Assembly: GCA_002269645.1 (NCBI GenBank)
Contig: NIVC01001024.1
Span: 313,365-377,364 of the forward strand
Direction: 5' to 3'
DNA: 64,000 bases
Source of the DNA: Macrostomum lignano
Taxonomy: Eukaryota
Each line of letters starts with the position of its first letter. The stretch's first letter is position 1. A program made the position numbers and the translations under genes. Of the stretch, positions 37,301-50,480 are shown one piece after another. The notes below the pieces were generated by a model. That model was not told the origin of the DNA, did not search any database, and saw nothing but the letters and a program-made list of their open reading frames with translations.

Positions 37301-38047
37301 ACTGGCGTTACTGGTAAGAACATCATTTTCCATTCGGACAGCCAAGCTGCCTTGCACGCCATCAGTGGCTGCAGCACCAACTCTGCTACAGTCCTCGACT
37401 GTATCAAACTCCTCAACGTGTTGGGTTCCGCCAACAAAATTACCCTTAAGTGGGTTCCGGGGCATGTGGGGATCCGAGGAAATGAGTTGGCTGACACCCT
37501 TGCAAAAGTTGGTGCCTCCGGCTCCTCTCTCGGCCCCGAACCTCTTGTCCCGATTCCTGGCTGTGTCATCGACTCGCGCATCAAAGCGTGGATCAGGACT
37601 CAGCACCGCTCGACTTGGGCGAACCGCACGAACTGCAGGCAATCCAGAGGCGCTGTCCCTCAGCCCTCTCACCAGCTCCGGAAGCTCCTCTTGCGCCTCT
37701 CGCGCAGAGACATCCGGGCTGCCACCATGACCCTCTCTGGTCACGGCTGCTTCTCCAGGCACCAGTACCTGCAGGGCAACGCCACCAATGCCACCTGCAG
37801 TTTCTGCAATTCAGGTGACGAAACCGCTGAGCATTTCGTCAGCATCTGTCCCGCCTTCACGCGGGCCAGACTCACTTACCTCGGGCCACACACATCTATT
37901 ACTGAAGCGTGCAAACCCTAAAACTTTAATCAGCTCATGCGCTACCTTCGGGCCACCCGCAGGGCTGAACTCTCCTTTCCAGAGAGCACCATAGCTGCTG
38001 GCGACACTGGGGGACCTCCCTGGGCGGCGCCAACCCTCCGTCCATAG
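34304..38047 (+). pseudogene. LINE ORF2: APE endonuclease - reverse transcriptase - RNase H - CCHC, with three lesions
   Basis: Motifs QINLQH, IQEPW, GDLNAHH, SDH, QHAFR, PQGGVL, YADD, YTDGSK, WVPGHVGIRGNELAD. Lesions: a 4-bp AGTA duplication at ~34695-34702, a 1-bp deletion at ~35654 (restoring KPFKSPGPDGIYP), and GAA>TAA at 37919. Confidence 0.93.
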
Positions 38048-38139
38048 CGACGCGTCGGCCCTTCAGGGACTAGCGGAATGGGCGCTCACGCCTTCCCGCT
38101 GTCCCCTCCGGGACAGCCCTGCAGCTAAGTCAAGTAAGT

Positions 38140-41100
38140 CAATGTTTTGGTTTCACCAATGTTTGGGTTCCACCAATGTTTGGGATTCACCAATGTTTGG
38201 GATTCACCAATGTTTAGAATCCACCAATGTTTAGGATCCCCCAATGTTTGGGATCCACCAATGTTTGGGATTCACCAATGTTTGGGATCCAGTAATGTTT
38301 GGGTTGCACCAATGTTTAGGATTAACCAATGTTTGGGATCCACGGATGTTTGGGTTCCACCAATGTTTAGGATCCACCAATGTTTGAGATTCACCAATGT
38401 TTGGGATCCACCAATGTTTGGGTTCCACCAATGTTGGAGATTAACCAATGTTTGGGATTCACCAATTTTTTGGATCCACCAATGTTTGGGATTTTCCAAT
38501 GTTTGGGTTCCACCAATGTTTAGGATCCACCAATGTTTGGGATTCACCAATGTTTGGGATCCACCAATGTTTGTTATTCACCAATGTTCGGGATCTACCA
38601 ATGTTTTGGAAATACCGATCTTGGGGACTTCCCTACGTTTAGGATCTAATAATGTTTGGGTTGCACCAATGTTTGGGATTCACCAATGTTTGGGATTCAC
38701 CAATGTTTGGGATTCACCAATGTTTGGGATTCACCAATGTTTGGGATTTACCAATCTTTGGGTTCAACCAATGTTTAATATTCAGCAATGTTTGGGTTCC
38801 ACCAATGTTTAGGATTCACCAATGTTTGGGATCCACCAATGTTTGGGATTCAACAATGTTAGGGATCAATCAATGTTTTGGATATACCGATGTTTGGGAT
38901 TTTCCAATGTTTGGGGTCAACCAATGTTTAGGATCCACCAATGTTTGGGATTCACCAATGTTTTGGATCCACCAATGTTTGGGATTTTCCAATGTTTGGG
39001 TTCCACCAATGTTTAGGATCCACCAATGTTTGGGATTCACCAATGTTTGGGATCCACCAATGTTTGTTATTCACCAATGTTCGGGATCTACCAATGTTTT
39101 GGAAATACCGATGTTAGGGACTTTCCTACGTTTAGGATCTAATAATGTTTCGGTTGCACCAATGTTTGGGATTCACCAATGTTTGGGATTCAACAATGTT
39201 GGGTATCAACCAATGTTTGGGATTTACCAATGTTTGGGATTCAACAATGTTGGGGATCAACCGATGTTTGGGATTTACCAATGTTTGGGATACACCAATG
39301 TTTGGGATTCACCAATGTTTGGGATCCACCAATGTTTGGGATTCAACAATGTTAGGGATCAATCAATGTTTTGGATATACCGATGTTTGGGATTTTCCAA
39401 TGTTTGGGGTCAACCAATGTTTAGGATCCACCAATGTTTGGGATTCACCAATAATTGGGATCCACTAATGTTTTGGATAACCTAATGTTGGCAAAACCAA
39501 TGTTTTATGATCCACGAGTATAAAGGATCAACCAGTGTTTAGCATCCAATAATGTTTTGGTTTCACCAATGTTTAGATTCCACCAATGTTTGAGATTTAC
39601 CAATGTTTGGTTTACCAATAATTAAAATCCACCGATGTTTGGGATCCACCAATGTTTAGGATCCACCAATGTTTGGGATACGCCAATGTTTGGGATCCAC
39701 CAATGTTTAGGATCCACCAATGTTTAGGATCCACCAATGTTAAGGATCCACCAATGTTTAGGATCCACCAATGTTTAGGATCCACCAATGTTTAGGATCC
39801 ACCAATGTTTAGGATCCACCAATGTTTAGGATCCACCAATGTTTAGGATACGCCAATGTTTGGGATCCACCAATGTTTAGGATCCACCAATGTTTGGGAT
39901 ACGCCAATGTTTGGGTTCCACCAATGTTTAGGATTCACCAATGTTTGGGATCCACCAATTTTTGGGTTCCAGCAATGTTGGAGATTAACCAATGTTTAGG
40001 ATTAACCAATGTTTGGGATCCACGGATGTTTGGGTTCCACCAATGTTTAGGATCCACCAATGTTTGGGATTCACCAATGTTTGGGATCCACCAATGTTTG
40101 GCTTCCACCAATGTTAGAGATTAACCAATGTTTGGGATCCACCAATGTTTGGGATTTCCAATGTTTGGGTTCCACCAATGTTTAGGATCCACCAATGTTT
40201 GGGATACGCCAATGTTTGGGTTCCACCAATGTTTAGGATCCAGCAACGTTTGGGATTCACCAATGTTTTGGATCTACCAATGTTTGGGATTTTCCAATGT
40301 TTGGGTTCCACCAATGTTGGATATTAACCAATGTTTAGGATTTACCAATGTTTGGGATCCACGGATGTTTGGGTTTCACCAATGTTTAGGATCCACCAAT
40401 GTTTGGGATTCACCAATGTTTGGGATCCACCAATGTTTGGGTTCCACCAATGTTGGAGATTAACCAATGTTTGGGATTCACCAATGTTTTGGATCCACCA
40501 ATGTTTGGGATTTTCCAATGTTTGGGTTCCACCAATGTTTAGGATCCACCAATGTTTGGGATTCACCAATGTTTGGGATCCACCAATGTTTGTTATTCAC
40601 CAATGTTCGGGATCTACCAATGTTTTGGAAATACCGATGTTAGGGACTTCCCTACGTTTAGGATCTAATAATGTTTGGGTTGCACCAATGTTTGGGATTC
40701 ACCAATGTTTGGGATTCACCAATGTTTGGGATTTACCAATCTTTGGGTTCAACCAATGTTTAATATTCAGCAATGTTTGGGTTCCACCAATGTTTAGGAT
40801 CCACCAATGTTTTGGTTCAACCAACGTTTAAAATCAACCAATGTTTTGGATCCACCAATGTTTGGGATTCAACAATGTTGGGGATCAACCAATGTTTGGG
40901 ATTCACCAATGTTTGGGATTTACCAATCTTTGGGTTCAACCAATGTTTAATATTCAGCAATGTTTGGGTTCCACCAATGTTTGGGATTCACCAATGTTTG
41001 GGATCCACCAATGTTTGGGATTCAACAATGTTAGGGATCAATCAATGTTTTGGATATACCGATTTTTGGGATTTTCCAATGTTTGGGGACAACCAATGTT

Positions 41101-44100
41101 TAGGTTCCACCAATGTTTGGGATTCACCAATAATTGGGATCCACTAATGTTTTGGATAACCTAATGTTGGCAAAACCAATGTTTTATGATCCACAAGTAT
41201 AAAGGATCAACCAGTGTTTAGCATCCAATAATGTTTTGGTTTCACCAATGTTTGGGATTTACCAATGTTTGGTTTACCAATAATTAAAATCCACCGATGT
41301 TTGGGATCCACCAATGTTTAGGATCCACCAATGTTTGGGATACGCCAATGTTTGGGATCCACCAATGTTTAGGATCCACCAATGTTTGGGATTTTCCAAT
41401 GTTTGGGTTCCACCAATGTTTAGGATCCACCAATGTTTGGGATTCACCAATGTTTGGGATCCACCAATGTTTGTAATTCACCAATGTTCGGGATCTACCA
41501 ATGTTTTGGAAATACCGATGTTGGGGACTTTCCTACGTTTAGGATCTAATAATGTTTGGGTTCCACCAATGTTGGAGATTAACCAATGTTTTGGATCCAC
41601 CAATGTTTGGGATTTTCCAATGTTTGGGATCCACCAATGTTTGTTATTCACCAATGTTCGGGATCTACCAATGTTTTGGAAATACCGATGTTAGTGACTT
41701 TCCTACGTTTAGGATCTAATAATGTTTGGGTTGCACCAATGTTTGGGATTCACCAATGTTTGGGATTTACCAATCTTTGGGTTCAACCAATGTTTAATAT
41801 TCAGCAATGTTTGGGTTCCACCAATGTTTAGGATCCACCAATGTTTTGGTTCAACCAACGTTTAAGATCAACCAATGTTTTTGATCCACCAATGTTTGGG
41901 ATTCACCAATGTTTGGGATTCACCAATGTTTGGGATTTACCAATCTTTGGGTTCAACCAATTTTTAATATTCAGCAATGTTTGGGTTCCACCAATGTTTG
42001 GGATTCACCAATGTTTGGGATCCACCAATGTTTGGGATTCAACAATGTTAGGGATCAATCAATGTTTTGGATATACCGATGTTTGGGATTTTCCAATGTT
42101 TGGGGTCAACCAATGCTTAGGATCCACCAATGTTTGGGATTCACCAATAATTGGGATTCACCAATGTTTTGGATAACCTAATGTTGGGAAAACCAATGTT
42201 TTATGATCCACAAGTATAAAGGATCAACCAGTGTTTAGCATCCAATAATGTTTTGGTTTCACCAATGTTTAGGTTCCACTAATGTTTGAGATTTACCAAT
42301 GTTTTGTTTACCAATAATTAAAATCCACCGATGTTTGGGATCCACCAATGTTTAGGATCCACCAATGTTTGGGATACGCCAATGTTTGGGATCCACCAAT
42401 GTTTAGGATCCACCAATGTTTGGGATACGCCAATGTTTGGGATCCACCAATGTTTAGGATCCACCAATGTTTGGGATACGCCAATGTTTGGGATCCACCA
42501 ATGTTTAGGATCCACCAATGTTTGGGATACGCCAATGTTTGGGATCCACCAATGTTTAGGATCCACCAATGTTTGGGATACGCCAATGTTTGGGATCCAT
42601 CAATGTTTAGGATCCACCAATGTTTAGGATCCACCAATGTTTGGGAGCCACAAATGTTTGGGTTGCACCAATGTTTGAGATTTACTAATGTTTGGTTACC
42701 AATAATTAAAATCCACCGATGTTTTGGATCCACAAATAATCGGATTCACCAATGTTTGAGATCCACGAATGTTTGGGTTCCATCAATGTTTAAGATTTAC
42801 TAATGTTAGGGTTACCAATACTTAAAATCCACCGTTGTTTGGGATCCACCAATGTTTAGGATCCACCAACGTCTTTGATCAACCAATTTTTGGGATCTAG
42901 GATATTTTCGATTCAAGAATTCTCGGGATCCACCGATGTTTGTGATTCAACAATGTTAGGGATCAACCAATGTTTGGGAGAAACCAATGTTTGGGAGCAA
43001 CCAATGTTTGGGATTTACCAATATTTAGGATCAACCAATGTTTGGAATTTACCAATGTTTAGAAGTGAGGAGCTGATTCGGGAGGTGATCAGTCACCCGA
43101 AAACTCCCACTTCCAGACACTTAAGCCTGGGAACAAAATCAAGTGATCACTTACTGTGGCGGGCTCCTCTTCTTTGTCGGGCAGGTTCTCCGATCTTGTT
43201 CCTTGTATCTTCTTTGTTGTGCACGTTTGTTGATTTGCTTCTTCAAATCTTCTTCTTCTCCGGAGGAATCTTCTTGAAGTCTAGAATCGGCCGAATGAGA
43301 GCGTGACAATCAGATCAGGCGACGTCGCAGTATTTCTCGAATGCAAAATCAATTTAGGCCTTAAGCTCAGTAATCAATATCAACGATGCGCCCTTATAAC
43401 AAATCAACTTTCTGTAATAATCACGAGGTCCTCCAAGAAGGGCGTCTTCTTCTAGCAATAACGGAATCCGATTCGTGTGCTCCTATCGGTTAATCTAGGA
43501 TAACCAAAATTAATCAACTCGATAATCCTCTAAGGGTATCGGAATCGGTCCGCAGATCCTATCCAATCCCTTAGGAAAATGGGAGGCCTCAAATTCAATG
43601 AACTCAGTTAAATCAACTGATAAATAACGGCCGGCAATAAAATCGCTCTCAAATCAATTCAATAACAAAGCCTCGAACAAGAGCTCACCAACTGGTTTAC
43701 TTCTTACTCAGAGACGTAGCCTCGAGTAGCTTCTGCAGTAAGCCCAAGATGTTTTGAGGCTGCTCCGAGTCTGAGATTTTTAGCTCGGATTTTGGCTTGA
43801 ATTTATAGGGAAACTTGTTACCCTTGCCACTGTGTTGGTGGTAAGGGCGTTTAAACTGCGGGGGGGGGCTCGCTTGGCTGGGGCGGGTGCGTGCGGGGTG
43901 GCGTGTGCTGCGGGGGGCGGGGGGTCGCGGGGTTGCTAGCTTGATTTCATATTTAGTCCGGTCCTCCGCTTGTTCGCCGTGCGTTCGTGTTTGCTCAGAA
44001 CAGCGGAGGTTCCGTTTCGCGCCATCCCTTGTCTTGCCTCGAACGTTCCTTTCCCCGCGGTTTAATCTTGAAAACAGATTATTTTTGGTAGGTGACAGTT

Positions 44101-45227
44101 TAGCGTTTTGGAAATTTGACCCCTATAGAATACATTAGGTTTGAACCTCATTACCATATTCAGTGTTCTAAATTTAAATGTTGCAAAAGATGGTCATTTG
44201 TTGCTTTCGTGGTCTTAAAAATAAAGTGTGACAATTTGCAGTTTTTAGCTTTTGAGTTTTCACGTTTTTACGTTACTACTTATAGTAGTTTACTTTGTAC
44301 CGTATTTGGAGATCTCTACAGAAGCAACTAATGTTTGGAATTTATCAATGTTTCGGATTCACCAAAGTAAAGGATTCACCAATGTTTGGGATCCACCGAT
44401 GTTGGGAATCCAGCGATGTTGAAATTCCTACAATTTTGAGGATCTAACAAGGTTTGAGATCCTACAATGTTTGTGATCCTACGATGTTTGGAATCCACCA
44501 ATGTTTCGGATCCACCAATGTTTAGGATACACCAATGTTGGGGATTAACCAATGTTTGGGATTTACCAATGTTTTCGGTCAACCAGTGTTTAGAATCATC
44601 CAATGTTTGGGATCCACCAATTTTTGGGATCCACCGATGTTTGGGTTCCACCAATGTTACGGATCAACCAATGTTTGAGATCTAGGATATTTTCAATCCA
44701 AGAATTCTCGGGATTCACCAATGTTTGGGATCCACCAAAGTCTTTGATCAACCAATGTTTGAGATCTAGGATATTTTCAATCCAAGAATTCTCGGGATCA
44801 ACCAATGTTTGGGATTCAACAATGTTTAGGATCCACCAATGTTGGGGATTTACCAATGTTTGGGATCAACCAATGTTTGCGATTTACCAATGTTTTCGGT
44901 CAACCAGTGTTTACAATCCACCAATGTTTGGGATCCACCAATTTTTGGGATCCACCATATTTTTTAATTACCTAATTTTGGGGAAACCAATGTTTATGAT
45001 CCACGAATATTTAGGATCCACCAGTGTTTGGGATCCACCAATGTTTTGGTTCAACCAATGTTTGGGTTCAACCAATGTTTGGGTTCAACCAATGTTTGGG
45101 ATTCACTAATGTTTAGGAGCAACCAATGTTTGGGATTTACTAATGATTGGAAGCAACTAATGTTTGGGATTTACCAATGTTTGGGATCCACTGATGTTGG
45201 GGATCCAGCGATGTTAAAATTCCTAAG
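38140..45227 (+). repeat. 17-bp satellite (CCACCAATGTTTGGGAT)n with higher-order blocks
   Basis: Directly visible. All MFGIHQCLG-type ORFs are artefacts of the 3x17-bp period. Confidence 0.97.
43066..44320 (-). mobile_element. Solo LTR (1255 bp), Gypsy-like 4-bp TSD, inserted in the satellite
   Basis: TG...CA termini. TSD GAAG at 43062-43065 and 44321-44324. Minus-strand TATA (CCCTATAAAT) at ~43801-43810. Confidence 0.8.
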
Positions 45228-46244
45228 TAGAATGCATGAGGGGGCTTTTGGGACAAATTTTTTAACGTCCTGCATAATCATATTAAATCTATTCATATTA
45301 TCCCCGACAGAATCAGAGCATAACAGGTGTCCTACTTGCTCCGAAAACTTCGAACATAATCCTATTAAATCCATCTATATTATCCCTGAATCAGAAAAAA
45401 GGGGTCACACTTGCTCCGAAAACATCGAACATAATCCTCCTAAATCCATCCATATTATCCCAGAATCAGAGCATAACAGATGTCCTAAATAATCCACTGA
45501 CATCCACCCATGGCATCTTCGAAACAATCAGAAAATAATTTGCGAAACCAGATCCCTAAGACTTTAAATTATCAGCGCAGGGTCCTTACGCTTTGAAAAA
45601 AAATTAAATTTTCTCTAAAAATGTTTCCAGTTTTCTCTCCAGGTTCTTATAAATTGAGCCTAATTATAAGAGCAAGTACCAGTGCAAGAAGGAATGCAGC
45701 GAGTACATGAGAAAATATTGGCCCAGCGTTGATATCAATGTCCCTAAAGTTAATCTAGCTCTCCAAAGACACTGGTTTCATAAGTATGGAGTAACCTTCG
45801 TAAAAGTCTACGACAGCTACTACAGCTTCGCAGAAATCATTAAGCATTTGTAGAATTTCGTTACAATACGCTTTAAAACTTTTAGACTGCAATAAAATCG
45901 ATATTTTTACGCATGGTATTTTGCTGTGTGGCGGGTGGGTGTTGAGCGGAATGGGAGCTGTTTCTTGTCATAGCGCGAGCGGCGTTGGTAGCCACTCCCA
46001 GTTGGCTCTACCCCCCCCCCCCAAAACGCTATTAAAACGAACATGTTGAATAGCTGCATGAGAACTCCACCATAAGTCAAACCGGAACTTTCTTCAATGA
46101 ACGGAATACGGTTTATCATGGCCTTGTCAAAGGAGACAAGAATTGCAACGATTGCCGAACTGGCGCTCTCGCTGTCATCTTAAATTTCTCGCTGTGTTTT
46201 ATTAAAACACCTTGAAAACACAAAACTGCTAAACATAAAAGTAG

Positions 46245-48310
46245 CGCAATGTCAAACATAGAAGAGCCACCATGTCAAACATATACGTGACTTCATGTCA
46301 AACATTAAATAGCCACTATGTCAAACATAAAAGAGCCACCATTTCGAACATTAAAGAGCTACCATGTCAAACATAAAGGAGTCACCATGTCAAACATATA
46401 CGTGACTCCATGTCAAACATTAAAGAGCCTCCATGTCGAAAATTAAAAAGCCACCATGTCAAATATAAGAGAGCCACCATGTCAAACATAAAAGAGCCAC
46501 CATTCCGAACATTAAAGAGCCACCATATCAAACATCTACGTGACTCCATGTCGAACATTAAAGAGTCACCATGTCAAACATAAAAGAGCCACCATGTCAA
46601 ACATATACGTGACTCCATGTCAAACATTAAAGAGCCACCATGTCAAACATTAAAGAGACACCATGTCAAACATTAAAGAGCCACCATGTTGAACATTAAA
46701 GAACCACAATGTCAAACATTAAAGAGCCACCATGTCAAACATAAGAGAGCCACCATGTCAAACATTAAAGAGTCACAATGTCAAACATTAAAGAGCCACC
46801 ATTTCGAACATTAGAGAACCACAATGTCAAACATAAGAGAGCCACCATGTCGAACATTAAAGAGTCACCATGTACAACATAAAAGAGCCACCATGTCAAA
46901 CATAAAAGAGCCACCATGTCAAACATAAGAGAGCCACCATGTCAAACATAGAAGAGCCACCATTTCGAACATTAAAGTGTCACCCTGTCAAACATCGACG
47001 TGACTCCATGTCGAACATTAAAGAGTCACCATGTCAAACATAAAACAGCCACCATGTCAAACATAAAAGAGCTACCATGTCTAACATTAAAAAACCACCT
47101 TTTCGAACATTAAAGAGCCACCATGTCGAACATTAAGGATGTACCATGTCAAACATTTAAGAGCTACCATGTCAAACATAAAAGAGCCACTTTGTCGAGC
47201 TTTAAAGAGCTACCATGTCAAACATAAAGAAGCCGACATGTAGAACATTAAAAAGCCACCATGTCAAACATCAAAGAGCCACCATGTCAAACATATACGT
47301 GACTTCATGTCAAACATTAAAGAGCCACCATGTCAAACATTAAAGAGCCACCATGTTGAACATTAGAGAACCACAATGTCAAACACAAGAGAGCCACCAT
47401 GTCGAACATTAAAGAGTCACCATGTAAAACATAAAAGAGCCACCATGTCGAACTTTAAAGAGCCACCATGTCAAACGTAAAAGAGTCACCATGTCGAACT
47501 TTAAAGAGCCACCATGTCAAACGTAAAAGAACCACCATGTCGAACATAAAAGAGCCGACATGTAGAACATAAAAAAGCCACCACGTCAAACATGAACGAA
47601 ACACCATGTCAAACATTAAAGAGCCACCATGTCAAACATAAAAGAGCCACCATGTCGAACATTAAAGGGCCACCATGTCGAACATAAAAGAGCCACCATG
47701 TCAAACATTAAAGGACCACCATGTCAAACATTAAAGAGGCACCATGTCAAAAATTAACAGCCACCATGTCTAACATTAAAGAGCCACCATGTCAAACATT
47801 GAAGAGCTACCATGTCAAACATTAAAGAGCCACTTTGTCGAGCTTTAAAGAGCTACCATGTCAAACATAAAGGAGCCGACATGTAGAACATTAAAAAGCC
47901 ACCACGTCAAACATTAACGAGCCACCATGTCAAACATAAAAGAGCCACCATGTCGAACATTAAAGAGCCAAAAGTGTAAAACATAAAGGAGCCACCATGT
48001 CGAACACTAAAGAGCCACCACGTCGAACATCAAAGAGCCACCATGTCGAATATTAAAGAGCCACCATGTCAAACAATAAAGAGCCATCATGAAGAACATT
48101 ATAGAGTCAGAATGTCGAACATTAAGGAGCCACCATGTGGAACATTAAAGAGCTACCATGTCAAACATTAAAGAGCCAGCATGCCAAACATTAAAGAACC
48201 ACTTTGTCGAACATTAAAGAGCCACCATGTGGAACATTAAAGAGCTACCATGTCAAACATTAAAGAGCCACCATGTCGAAACATTATTGAGCCACCATGC
48301 CAAACATAAA
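46245..48310 (+). repeat. 22-bp satellite (AAGAGCCACCATGTCAAACATT)n
   Basis: Directly visible, about 90 units. Confidence 0.97.
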
Positions 48311-48369
48311 AAGAAGTGTCATACCAAAAAAAAAATGGAACCACTATAAAGCTAAGGAAATTGTTGCAC

Positions 48370-48655
48370 TAGCTACTTGTTCTCTGGTGGATGCTTGCTA
48401 TTTAAGGATGGATACTTGCTACTTGCAATTGGGGGGATGCTTGCTACCGGGTTAACTTGCTATTGGGAGATGCTTGCTCTTGGGGGTGGAGGGAACTTGC
48501 TATCTGAGAGGGGGTTGCTAGATATCTATAAGGTCTCTTTGTATCCCAGGTTATGCTTGCTATCTGGGGTTGCATGTGGTCTGGGGGATGCTTGCTATCT
48601 GGGGGATGCTTGCAGTCTGGGGGATGCTTGCTATTTGGGGATCGATGCTTGAGTG
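48370..48655 (+). repeat. Degenerate GGGGGATGCTTGCTAT repeat
   Basis: ATGCTTGC core repeated roughly ten times. Confidence 0.75.
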
Positions 48656-50159
48656 CTGTCTTGGAATGTTTTTAGAGGGAATGTCTGTTGTTTTTTATGA
48701 AGGCTTTATTTCCCTGTCCATTTGTTATTCGTAAAATGCTTAGGAGACTAGACAATATGGGGACTTCAAGGGGGTGGAAGGAATCGATCGCTCGAAAGCT
48801 ACTTAAAGCTGTTATTTTTGGTAAGGCAAAGTTGGGGTTGGGGATTGACGGTGAGGGTGGGTGTTGGGAAGAGAGGGCTGGTGGATGAGGAGAGAGGGCG
48901 GAGGCTCAGGAGCAGGGTTTATTTTGTGCGCTCCTAAAAAGGAATTGGGAAGACTTTTGAATGCTATGGGGGTAGAGAGAGCGCGCGTGGGGGAAAGAGA
49001 TTTTCACTTTAACTGAGCCCAGGCGAGGAAGAATTCAGTGTTGAGCGAAGGCCAGAATGCAAAAGATTTCGGCCTCGCGTAAGGCCAGAATGCCAAAATG
49101 AAAAGGAATACAGTCAAATACAAATACATGAAAGCGATTTTGGCCTTTCAGTTTTTTTGGCTGCATACTATTAATTATAAGTCCTGTAACTCAAGTGAGA
49201 ATACCGCTACTTTTCACCCTTAGATTATGTTGATTTTTTTGCTGTCCTAGGGAGGGGGGTGGTAGACTGATGCTATCCCCCTTAGATGAGTGGTTGTAAG
49301 TATTGCCACTACTGACAACTACTGAGTTTCGGTTTGAGATTTTTAACGCAATTGTCTAATGATTTCTGCAAAGTTATAGTAGCTGTCGTAATCTTTTACA
49401 TAGGTTACTCCATACTTATGAAACCAGTGTCTTTGGAGAGCTAGATTAATATTAGGGACATTGATATCAACGCCGGGCCAATATTTTCTCATGTACTCGC
49501 TGCATTCAAGTTTGCATTGGTACTTGGATTTGTACAATGGATGAGGCTGAGTATAATAGGAACCTGGAGAGACAACTGGAAACATTTCTATTAAGAATTT
49601 AATTTTTTTCAAAGGGTAAGGACCCTGTGCTGATAATTTAAAGTCTTAGGGATTTGGTTTCGCGTTGCAAATTGAATGTGTGGAGAAGAATGCAGATTCT
49701 TTTCTGATTGTTTCGAATATGCTATGGGTGGATGTCAGTGGATTATAATGGGATTATGTTCGCAGTTTTCGGAACAAGTAGGACACCTGTTATGCCCTGA
49801 TTCTGTCGGGGATAATACGGATGGATTGAATGGGATTATGGAGGACGTTTTGTGAGCGAGTGCGACTCTCTCTTTTTTTCTGATTCTGTCGGGGATAATA
49901 TGGATGGATTTAATGGGATTATGGAGGAGGTGAAAAATTTTGTCCTAAAAGTCCCCTCATGCATTCTATATAATATCTATAACAGCAAACTCGTGAAAAA
50001 CGTTCACAATAAGTGCCATACTCTACTTACACCAGTAGTGGCGTTGTAATATTATTCCAGACATGCATGTAGTCAGTAGCAAGCTAGATTACTCATCACA
50101 CAGTGTCTTTTTTCACACAGGATGAGGTTTTTTAGTAATTTAATTAGTGCCAAGGAGTT

Positions 50160-50480
50160 CATGTGCACTTTAAGCGACATTGTCACACAACCGGCGAGAG
50201 GCATTACTACCCCTTCCGCCGACACCCCTGAGCAGGCACACAAGCACGCGGATATACATGTACGTACATGTACGCAGTCATATGCACAGGCACACACTCA
50301 CACAGGAGGGTACAGCGGCCTTAACTTTATTTATCGTTAGGCATGTACACTTCACTGTGCCTTGGGGTTGGCCGATCAATTTAGTTGATTGAACGAACAG
50401 AGCCAAGCCGAAATTTTAATTTAGCCCCCAAATTATTTAATGTGACTGCACTTGGAATCGAGCCTGGGCCGCCGGCACAT
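50160..50480 (-). mobile_element. SINE family A copy (head disrupted)
   Basis: Body matches 30250-30560. Confidence 0.8.

Larger units (their letters stand above)
32244..38139 (+). mobile_element. Near full-length non-LTR retrotransposon, LOA/R1-like (I group), disrupted
   Basis: ~515-bp 5' UTR, ORF1, then ORF2 with APE, RT, RNase H and CCHC. 3' UTR hairpin CTGTCCC-CTCC-GGGACAG and AAGTC tail. No TSD. Confidence 0.95.
45228..49968. mobile_element. 4.7-kb unit bounded by ~620-bp diverged inverted repeats
   Basis: Termini TAGAATGCATGAGGGG and CCCCTCATGCATTCTA. Arms ~45228-45850 and ~49345-49968, each with internal ~65-70-bp subrepeats and a coding-like exon. No TSD found. Confidence 0.65.

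Noticed and set aside
38147-45109. Dozens of ORFs with MFGIHQCLGSTNVWD repeats; CRISPR-like regular periodicity
   Set aside because: These are translations of a 17-bp satellite. There are no unique spacers and no cas genes, and the context is eukaryotic.
46245-48310. Each 22-bp unit contains GCCACCATG, a perfect vertebrate Kozak sequence
   Set aside because: It is followed by stops within a few codons and lies in a plain satellite. Most likely coincidence.
48690-48890. Minus-strand peptide TALSSFRAIDSFHPLEVPILS reminiscent of a LINE RNase H
   Set aside because: Too short and degenerate, and the expected WxPxH motif is absent.
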